Source of the DNA: an uncultured Lachnospiraceae bacterium
GTDB taxonomy: Bacteria > Bacillota > Clostridia > Oscillospirales > CAG-272
Reading direction: 5' to 3'
Length of the DNA stretch: 64,000 nucleotides
Assembly: GCA_964570825.1 (NCBI GenBank)
Contig: CAZMZJ010000002.1
Location: forward strand, 17,070-81,069
This document shows positions 16,655 through 23,580 of the stretch, in pieces. Every line of letters starts with the position of its first letter. Position 1 is the stretch's first letter. Both the position numbers and the translations under genes were made by a program. The notes under the pieces were generated by a model. It worked only from the letters and a program-made list of their open reading frames with translations. It had not been told where the DNA came from and made no database searches.

Positions 16655-19303
16655 TTATGCTTTTCTGCTCTTACGCTGTATCAGCTTGACAAGCTCGACA
16701 ATCGGTATCACAAGTATCGCAAGCGCCATCGCTGTTATATATTCGATGAAGCTGATTTCGGTGAATCCGAAAGCGTCGCGCAGGAATGGAATGTAGATCG
16801 CCGCCGCTGTCAGGATCAGCGAGAGCAGCATCGAGCCGAAGAGGAAAATGTTGTGGCTCTTAAGCTTTAATATCGAGCCGAACTGGGAACGCATATTGTA
16901 CGAATGGAAAATTTCCGCCATAGACATCGTAAGGAACGCCATCGTCATTCCGTCGTCGCTGTTTGCGATGCTCCATGCGCCGTTCTGTATTCTTTCGCCG
17001 ATGAAATAAGCGGCAAGAGTAAGGAACGAAACCATAAAACCCTGATAAAAGATGTTAAATCCGACGCCGCCCGAGAATATGCCTTCCTTAACGTCGCGCG
17101 GCTTGCGCTTCATGATATCGGCTTCGCCTTTTTCAAGACCGAGAGCCAAAGCGGGGAGAGAGTCGGTTATGAGGTTGATGAACAGAATATGGGCGGGCTT
17201 GAGAATCGTGAAGCCGATCAGCGTAGCGCAGAAAATGCTGATGACCTCCGAGAGGTTCGAGGAAAGCAGGAATTGTATTGCCTTGCGTATATTGTCATAA
17301 ACCCGGCGGCCTTCCTCGACTGCTGAGACAATTGTTGCGAAGTTGTCGTCTGCGAGTATCATGTCTGCGACGTTCTTTGTTACGTCGGTGCCGGTGATGC
17401 CCATGCCTATTCCGATGTCGGCGTTCTTTATTGACGGGGCGTCGTTGACGCCGTCGCCCGTCATTGCCGTGACAGCGCCGCGGGCGCGCCATGCGTTGAC
17501 AATTCTCACCTTATGCTCCGGCTTGACTCTGGCGTAAACGCCGTAAAGATCGACGTCGCGGATAAAATCCTCTTCGCTTATCTCGTCCAGCATCGCGCCG
17601 GTGATAGCCTGCGAAGGATCGCTTATGATTCCGAGCTGCATAGCAATTGCAGCTGCGGTATCCTTATGGTCTCCCGTTATCATTATCGGGCGGATGCCGG
17701 CGTTCCTGCAGTTCTGAATTGCCGCGGGCACCTCGGCGCGCACAGGGTCTATCATGCCGACAAGACCGAGAAATACAAGATTTTTCTCATCGTCGGGTGT
17801 GATTTTCTCAGGCAGAGCATCGTATTCGCGGCAGCCTGCGGCGAGCACGCGCAGCGCCTTATCCGCAAGACGCTTGTTCTCGGAAATCAAAAACTTTTTC
17901 TTTTCCTCGGTCAAAGGGAGTATTCTGCCGCCGTCAAGGTATCTGTCGCACCTCGAGATTACGACGTCGGGCGCGCCGGTCGTATGCTGTATATAACCGC
18001 CTTCGGGTTTTTTGTGAACTGTCGTCATAAGCTTTCTGACCGAGTCGAAGGGTATCTCGGCGACGCGGGGATATTTTGCGGTCAGTTCAAATTTCGGAAG
18101 ACCTAATTTGTTCGCGTAGTTTACAACGGCCGCCTGAGTCGGGTCGCCGCCCGCCTGGCCGTTATCCTCAAGCTCTGAATCGGAGCATAGAGCGAGTGAC
18201 GAGGCAAGCAGTTTTTCGTCGCCGCCGGAATACTCGACCACAGTCATCTTGTTCTGTGTCAGCGTGCCGGTTTTGTCCGAACAGATTATCTGGGTGCATC
18301 CGAGCGTTTCGACGGCGGTCAGCTTTCTGACAATGGCGTTGCGTTTCGACATTTTTGTGACGCCTATTGAAAGCACTATCGTGACGACCGCGACAAGGCC
18401 CTCGGGTATCGCGGCGACGGCGAGGCTGACCGCAAGCATGAACGAGCTAAGGATTGTGTCGAGCAGTTTCGTATCGGGATCAGGCGAGATAAAATAACGT
18501 ATAAGGCTGACTCCGAACATCAGCACGCAGATGCCGAGCACCAGCACGGTAAGTATGCGGCTGAGCTGCGAAAGCTTCTTCTGAAGTGGAGTTTCTCCTG
18601 TTTCCGCTAAGGTTATCGCCTTTGCGATTTTTCCCATTTCGGTGTTCATGCCAGTAGAGGTTACAACCATTTTGGCGCGTCCGTAGACAGCTGCGCTGCC
18701 CATATATACCATATTGACGCGGTCGCCGAGCGCAATATTGCCTTTTGAAGAATCAATCACTTCACAGGTCTTTTCGACCGGCACCGACTCACCCGTCAGC
18801 GCGGCTTCCTCGACCTTGAGGTTGACGCATTCGATGAGGCGCCCGTCTGCCGGGATTGCGTCGCCCGCCTCGAGCAGCACAACATCGCCGACCACCAGCT
18901 CTTCGCTTTTCAAGTGGATTACCCTGCCGTCGCGCAGCACTTTTGAGGTTGCGGCGGCCATTTCCTTCAAGGCGTCGATGGCTTTTTCAGCCTTGCTCTC
19001 CTGAATTACGCCGAGGACGGTGTTGAGAACGACGACAAAAAGGATAATGAAAACATCCGACATCGGCTCGTCCTGCAATGCGGCGGTAATACCCGAGATA
19101 AGTGCGGCCGCTATCAGCACGATTACCATCGGGTCTGATATCTGAGCCAGGATGCGTCCGAACATTGTTGTTTTCTTGCCTTCTTCAAGGCGGTTTCTGC
19201 CGTTTCTGGCAAGACGCGCTTCCGCTTCGGCGGAAGCAAGACCGGTTTCAGAACTCCCGGTTTCCTTCAAAACGTCTTCAGTTGATTGAAAATGGTGATT
19301 CAA
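16655..19303 (-). CDS. P-type cation-transporting ATPase (Ca2+/Mn2+, PMCA/PMR1-like, P2 type)
   Basis: TGES, DKTGTLT, TGDGVNDAP motifs and about 10 TM segments. Start placed at TTG 19303 (AGGAGA SD 7 nt upstream), because the track ORF start at 19378 lies inside the leader terminator/riboswitch. Confidence 0.9.
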   Translation of the reverse strand: MNHHFQSTEDVLKETGSSETGLASAEAEARLARNGRNRLEEGKKTTMFGRILAQISDPMVIVLIAAALISGITAALQDEPMSDVFIILFVVVLNTVLGVIQESKAEKAIDALKEMAAATSKVLRDGRVIHLKSEELVVGDVVLLEAGDAIPADGRLIECVNLKVEEAALTGESVPVEKTCEVIDSSKGNIALGDRVNMVYMGSAAVYGRAKMVVTSTGMNTEMGKIAKAITLAETGETPLQKKLSQLSRILTVLVLGICVLMFGVSLIRYFISPDPDTKLLDTILSSFMLAVSLAVAAIPEGLVAVVTIVLSIGVTKMSKRNAIVRKLTAVETLGCTQIICSDKTGTLTQNKMTVVEYSGGDEKLLASSLALCSDSELEDNGQAGGDPTQAAVVNYANKLGLPKFELTAKYPRVAEIPFDSVRKLMTTVHKKPEGGYIQHTTGAPDVVISRCDRYLDGGRILPLTEEKKKFLISENKRLADKALRVLAAGCREYDALPEKITPDDEKNLVFLGLVGMIDPVRAEVPAAIQNCRNAGIRPIMITGDHKDTAAAIAMQLGIISDPSQAITGAMLDEISEEDFIRDVDLYGVYARVKPEHKVRIVNAWRARGAVTAMTGDGVNDAPSIKNADIGIGMGITGTDVTKNVADMILADDNFATIVSAVEEGRRVYDNIRKAIQFLLSSNLSEVISIFCATLIGFTILKPAHILFINLITDSLPALALGLEKGEADIMKRKPRDVKEGIFSGGVGFNIFYQGFMVSFLTLAAYFIGERIQNGAWSIANSDDGMTMAFLTMSMAEIFHSYNMRSQFGSILKLKSHNIFLFGSMLLSLILTAAAIYIPFLRDAFGFTEISFIEYITAMALAILVIPIVELVKLIQRKSRKA

Positions 19304-19340
19304 TACTATCTCTCCTTTTTGATTTTCCGAATATCCGCAT

Positions 19341-19384
19341 AAAAATAACGAGACACATGCACGGCAAACCGCGCACAAGTCTCG
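19341..19384 (-). terminator. Leader (riboswitch expression-platform) intrinsic terminator
   Basis: 16-bp stem CGAGACUUGUGCGCGG / CCGUGCAUGUGUCUCG (includes G-U pairs and one U-U mismatch), loop UUUG, then UUAUUUUU. Lies between the promoter and the ATPase RBS. Confidence 0.65.
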
Positions 19385-19537
19385 TTCATCTGCCGCCCGG
19401 GTGATGGCGGTTTAATCCGGGCCAGACAGAACCGGACAGGCGCTGCCATGATGTTGACCCGGAGCGCGTTCAGTACTGATCAGACAGTAAAATTTAATTT
19501 TATTTCCTGATCAATGACGCGAACTACTCCCCTATGC
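19373..19537 (-). promoter_or_regulatory. Candidate yybP-ykoY (Mn2+) riboswitch aptamer in the ATPase leader
   Basis: 5' GCAUA-GGGGAGUAG ... AACGAGAC-U-UGUGC 3'. The conserved GGGGAGUAG and A.C.AGAC blocks are flanked by a closing helix GCAUA/UGUGC. Two internal hairpin arms are visible (CGCGU..UGAUCAG / CUGAUCA..ACGCG and CCGGGU..AUGGC / GCCAU..ACCCGG). The 3' conserved block is shared with the terminator stem. Confidence 0.65.
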
Positions 19538-19544
19538 TGAAGAT

Positions 19545-19573
19545 ATTTTATCATATCTTTTCTTTGTTGTCAA
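19545..19573 (-). promoter_or_regulatory. Sigma-A type promoter for riboswitch and ATPase
   Basis: TTGACA - 17 nt - TAAAAT on the minus strand. Confidence 0.6.
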
Positions 19574-19602
19574 TGCAGGGATTGAATTTTCGTCTGCCGT
19601 AT

Positions 19603-21261
19603 TTATAACCGGAACTGCATAAAAAGCCTGTCGGCTCCGTTCGCCGATATGACCCCGAGCGACATTATTATTGTCCCGATGAAGCAGGCGGCGGCGAATG
19701 CCGAAACCAGCGCCCTTGCCCAGCCGCTCCGGGCCTCTTTTGCTGCTCTCAGAAAAAGCACTGTCCCAAAAGTCGCGGCAAGAGGCAAGAAATCATACAG
19801 ATAGCGCAAATTGACGCCCGCCTTGCAGAAATCGACGAAAATCACAAAACATATCACAGCCGCTCCAGCAATAAAAGTCGAGTACTTTGACCACTCCTTC
19901 GCCTTGAAGCGGCTAAAAAACGGTCCGATGACAAGGCCGAGCGTAGCGGGAAAGAAAAGCAGTCCGGTGCTGTAGTCGAGATACATATAGCGGCCGTAAT
20001 CAAGATTAAGGTACGACGGTTTGACAAACGGGAAAGCCGGCATGAATTTCGGCATCTGGAACACATAATGGAAAAACGCATAAGGAGCGAGCCGCAGCTC
20101 CAGTGTGTTTTTTGAAATATCGCAGACTGTGAGCTGGTAGTTCGCGCCGAAGTCAAACGGCGAGCCGAAACGCAGGAAATTGAAGGTCATGACAACCGCC
20201 GCGCCGGCGCAGGCGACAAGAGCCGCGGGCACGAACAGGACGGCCTTTTGCCCTGCCCCGCGTGTTTTTATGAATATGCGCTCAATAACGGCCGGAGCCG
20301 CTGCTGCGCACATAAGAGAAGCTGTCGGGCGTGACATGACCGACATTACAAACGACAGGGATGCAAGCGCGAAAAGAGCAGACGCCCGCTCTTTTTTTTC
20401 GGTGCGGCAGGCCCTGAATGCAAAGAAGAAAGCCGCGTAATTGAACCCCATCGCCGAAAGGACGGGTATATAATAAATATCCGCATAGCTTTGCGCGGTA
20501 TAAATACCGCTGCCGAAGGCCAGCGAAACAAGAGAAAGCAGCACCAGCCACAGCTTTGGCTTTGCGTCGGCTAAGATAAGAAATTCAATCAGCGAAAGCG
20601 ACAGGGTCAGCACGGTGAACACCGCAAGAATGAAGCATACGGTATCTGACGGCGGCAGGCTGCCGGTGATGGCGTAGTATGGATAGTAAACGCAGAAAAT
20701 CGGCGCCAGCCCGAAATACGAGTAGTATTTCCCGTTATAGAAGGCCCTGTCCCAAAAATACTGCACCTTATAATAATCCCGCGCGTCCCTGTCATACGGA
20801 TTTTCCATTGCGGCAAGTTCGCCGGACACCGGTATATCCAGTTCAATCTGCCCCTTTTGCAGCGCATCGAACTGCTGGACATACGGATCTCCGCCCTCGA
20901 TTTGCGCTTTCGTCATCGGGTAAACTGTACTTTCGCCGAGATTTTTTACCGCGGAAAAGCATATTACAGCACAGAAAAGAGCTGTCAGGCCGAAAAGCAG
21001 CATCTGGCGCCGGTCGCATATGTCGAATTTTCTGACGCCGGCACCCGACGCAAGATTCAGTACTATGAAAATAAGCAGGCCAAGCCCCGCAAAAGCGACA
21101 AACGAAAATTCCGGAGCGCCGATCCCGAGATGCACACGCAGCTTTTCTGCGGCGTATGACACGCACGCCGATAAAACCGCAAGAAGAGAAATTAAAATAT
21201 ATGGTTTAATAATGATCTTTCCGGCTTTTTTAAGCAGTGAAATTTTTTTGTCATTTTTCAT
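19603..21261 (-). CDS. Polytopic (about 13 TM) membrane protein, possibly a GT-C-type glycosyltransferase; function unknown
   Basis: 552 aa, many hydrophobic segments. Large loop after TM3 carries ENPYDRDARDYYKVQYFWDRAFYNGKYYSYFGLAP. The assignment to ArnT/PMT-like enzymes is by general architecture only. Confidence 0.4.
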   Translation of the reverse strand: MKNDKKISLLKKAGKIIIKPYILISLLAVLSACVSYAAEKLRVHLGIGAPEFSFVAFAGLGLLIFIVLNLASGAGVRKFDICDRRQMLLFGLTALFCAVICFSAVKNLGESTVYPMTKAQIEGGDPYVQQFDALQKGQIELDIPVSGELAAMENPYDRDARDYYKVQYFWDRAFYNGKYYSYFGLAPIFCVYYPYYAITGSLPPSDTVCFILAVFTVLTLSLSLIEFLILADAKPKLWLVLLSLVSLAFGSGIYTAQSYADIYYIPVLSAMGFNYAAFFFAFRACRTEKKERASALFALASLSFVMSVMSRPTASLMCAAAAPAVIERIFIKTRGAGQKAVLFVPAALVACAGAAVVMTFNFLRFGSPFDFGANYQLTVCDISKNTLELRLAPYAFFHYVFQMPKFMPAFPFVKPSYLNLDYGRYMYLDYSTGLLFFPATLGLVIGPFFSRFKAKEWSKYSTFIAGAAVICFVIFVDFCKAGVNLRYLYDFLPLAATFGTVLFLRAAKEARSGWARALVSAFAAACFIGTIIMSLGVISANGADRLFMQFRL

Positions 21262-21262
21262 T

Positions 21263-21451
21263 TTATATCACACATTCGGCATCCGCCTTGATAAATAGCC
21301 CTGCTTTCGGCGGCCGGGACGGTTCTGACAATGCGTTAAAAGAAGCCCTGAAAGCATCTGATTTGAATTTTTCTTCATTGAAATGAACGCGGCGAGCTTT
21401 AAGTATTCCGTCATATATTGCGCGGCAATTCAAGAAAAAAACATTTCTCAT
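21263..21451 (-). CDS. Possible 62-codon upstream ORF translationally coupled to the membrane protein gene
   Basis: AAGGA 8 nt upstream of ATG 21451. Its TAA stop lies 1 nt from the downstream ATG. No recognisable domain; could equally be untranslated leader. Confidence 0.25.
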   Translation of the reverse strand: MRNVFFLNCRAIYDGILKARRVHFNEEKFKSDAFRASFNALSEPSRPPKAGLFIKADAECVI

Positions 21452-21482
21452 TCCATAAGTCCTTAAAAATATATTTATATGG

Positions 21483-21511
21483 ATTATACTCCATTTTTTC
21501 ATATGTGTCAA
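21483..21511 (-). promoter_or_regulatory. Consensus sigma-A promoter about 220 nt upstream of the membrane protein gene
   Basis: TTGACA - 17 nt - TATAAT, perfect hexamers. This overlaps the apparent start of track ORF 21263..21511. Confidence 0.6.
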
Positions 21512-21589
21512 GCGCGCCCGGACTGCGCAAAATTTATATGAAGCAATACGCTTAAATTATATAGATAGATAAACCAAGAGGAAAAATAA

Positions 21590-22657
21590 ATGAAAAAAAT
21601 ATTATCGTTTATTATTATTGCACTTTTCTCAGTATTTTTTCTGACAGCCGCCCTTCCGGCGGCCGCCTACAGCATCCCGTGTGAGATTGTCATCACCGAG
21701 TGCTTCAGCAACCCCAACACAGTGCCGTACGAGGGCGGCGCTAACACCAAGGATTTTGTGGAGTATATGGAGATAATGAATATTTCGGCGCATGACGTCG
21801 ACCTCTATGACTATACTTTCTATTATCTCACCGATACCACCGCCGATGCGGTTCAGGCTAAAGCCGATACCGGAGCCGCGGGAAAATCAGAAACCTTCTC
21901 GGATATACAGGGCCAGTATGTGCTAAAACCCGGCCAGACGGCTCTGGTCTGGTTTATAACCTCCGAGGTGTGGCAGTATCAATCCACTCACCTTATGATG
22001 GCGCTCGGCACCGACAATAAGCCCGAGTACTACACCGACAAGTACTGGCAGACATTGCATGACTTTGCCGTCAATACCTGCCAGATGACCGGAATTCCCG
22101 ATACCTTGAACGGAATAATTGTCGTTTATGACCTCTCGAATGAGTACGGCACCGGCGACACGCATTTCAACATGGCAAACCCGTCCGCGACAAAAGCCTG
22201 CGGCTATTATATCTGCGCCCGCGACGCTGCGGTTGAGAGCTATTTCACCGGGGTAATCGTTCCCGCCACAGCAGATTCCGCCGATGTGGGCTTCAGCTAC
22301 GATTTATCGGACGGCAAGGTCCTGTCTCTTGTTGACAGCACGATATATGATGTTACTCCCGGCGCGCTTCATCCGTCGCAGAAAAACCTCGCCGCCGTTC
22401 TCGGAGTGACTTTCGAAACGGCAGCTCAGGAAACCACGACCGGAACACCCTCGACGACGGCAAATCCCGGGACGACATCGCCTTCGGTTACAACCAACGC
22501 CGCGACCACGACAAAAGCGGCAACAACAGCGCCGGCAACAACCGCTCCGATGACAACCTCTCCTTCCGGCAGAAAAGGATGCGGCTCGGCTTTGAACATT
22601 ATGCCTTTGCTGTTTGTACTGGCTGCATCTTTGGTCATTACCAAAAAGAAAAATTAA
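21590..22657 (+). CDS. Secreted lamin-tail-domain (LTD)-like surface protein with Thr-rich stalk and C-terminal GCGS/TM/KKKN anchor
   Basis: Signal peptide ending AAAYS. The segment ITECFSNPN...DFVEYMEIMNISAHDVDLYDY...VLKPGQTALVWF follows the LTD pattern INE..NP...EFIEL.N....vDLsGw....l.pG. TT-rich linker. Tail RKGCGS + hydrophobic helix + KKKN. Confidence 0.6.
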   Translation: MKKILSFIIIALFSVFFLTAALPAAAYSIPCEIVITECFSNPNTVPYEGGANTKDFVEYMEIMNISAHDVDLYDYTFYYLTDTTADAVQAKADTGAAGKSETFSDIQGQYVLKPGQTALVWFITSEVWQYQSTHLMMALGTDNKPEYYTDKYWQTLHDFAVNTCQMTGIPDTLNGIIVVYDLSNEYGTGDTHFNMANPSATKACGYYICARDAAVESYFTGVIVPATADSADVGFSYDLSDGKVLSLVDSTIYDVTPGALHPSQKNLAAVLGVTFETAAQETTTGTPSTTANPGTTSPSVTTNAATTTKAATTAPATTAPMTTSPSGRKGCGSALNIMPLLFVLAASLVITKKKN

Positions 22658-22722
22658 ATCTGCAAAAATCTTTTTCCTTCCGCTGAACCGCTAAAGCCGC
22701 TTCGTCTTTGGCATATACAGCA

Positions 22723-22750
22723 ACTGCCCTCCCGCTTTTGCAGGAGGGCA
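22723..22750. terminator. Bidirectional hairpin between convergent genes
   Basis: CTGCCCTCC - 10 nt loop - GGAGGGCAG. Confidence 0.5.
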
Positions 22751-22768
22751 GAATATTTGAAGATATTA

Positions 22769-23293
22769 TTACTCTTTACAGTCGTCGGCGCAACCGCATC
22801 TTCCGGGAGCCGCGCAGCTTATATGGCTGCAGCCGGTTACGGCTTTTATGCCTATGGTGAACGGAATCTTTATTTTAATGCGCTGCGTTATTACAAGACG
22901 GCAGGTGTTGCCGCAGGGTTCACATTCGCAGGACACGTTAGGCTCGCCGCAGCAGTCGGTTTCAACCTCGCCCACGCATGTGTTTGGCAGTATCTCAAGC
23001 GGCAGACTTACCTCTGCAATTTCGAAGCCGGTTTTGGAGCATTTGTCCGGAGGAAAACAGGGCTTATCAACGCTATCCGGTTTGAAATTCTTATTATCCA
23101 TATCAAAACAAGCGTTTATGTCGCTTCTTCCGACGATCCGGAACAGTGAGCCGAGCCGCCGGAATGCCGGACGCAGCCACCTTGCCGCCGCCCGCCAAAA
23201 CGCTTTCTTGCAGCCGCCGGATTTATCATATGATATATCCGCTTCGCCTTCGCCGTTTTCCCGGCGGTTTTTACCGTTTCGTCCTCGTCTCAT
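22769..23293 (-). CDS. Cys-rich protein with basic N-terminal region, function unknown (spore coat/exosporium-like composition)
   Basis: 16 Cys by eye in the C-terminal roughly 110 aa (DCCGEPNVSCECEPCGNTC ... CSHISCAAPGRCGCADDC). Convergent terminator downstream. Start ambiguous: ATG 23293 is preferred, GTG 23308 abuts the SD, and an internal ATG (MDNKNF) is also possible. Confidence 0.5.
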   Translation of the reverse strand: MRRGRNGKNRRENGEGEADISYDKSGGCKKAFWRAAARWLRPAFRRLGSLFRIVGRSDINACFDMDNKNFKPDSVDKPCFPPDKCSKTGFEIAEVSLPLEILPNTCVGEVETDCCGEPNVSCECEPCGNTCRLVITQRIKIKIPFTIGIKAVTGCSHISCAAPGRCGCADDCKE

Positions 23294-23580
23294 TTCGACA
23301 TAACGCACCCCCTTTCGTATTTCTGCTTATATTATATGCTTAAAAAGTCGTATTTGGCAGAAAAACAAGAGGGGAATTTTTTTAATTTGCTGCACTGTCA
23401 TGTTTTTTCCGACAGATGCCGGATGCGGTCGGATTTTACGCAAATCGGTCAATAAAAAGCTCCGCCTGCAAATCGTGCCATGGCGAAGCTTTTATTATTT
23501 CCCTGCCGGAAAACCCGTTCCGCACAGCCGGAAAACGCGGGGGCGCCGCAGAAACGTCCGGCAAGGCTGTCAGGAGTTCC

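Noticed and set aside
19304-19378. N-terminal 25 codons of the track ORF for the P-type ATPase (start 19378).
   Set aside because: That ATG sits inside the leader terminator/riboswitch 3' block. A TTG with AGGAGA 7 nt upstream at 19303 gives the canonical ATPase N-terminus.
21452-21511. First 20 codons of track ORF 21263..21511.
   Set aside because: Its TTG start is the -35 hexamer of a perfect TTGACA-17-TATAAT promoter, so this part is most likely untranscribed or 5' UTR. Only the shorter 62-codon version is kept, at low confidence.
22757-23303. Plus-strand ORFs 22757..23149 and 22848..23303, overlapping the Cys-rich gene.
   Set aside because: The convergent terminator at 22723..22750 and the SD/promoter at 23293..23340 both fit the minus-strand gene. 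The plus-strand ORFs would start inside that terminator region without an RBS.
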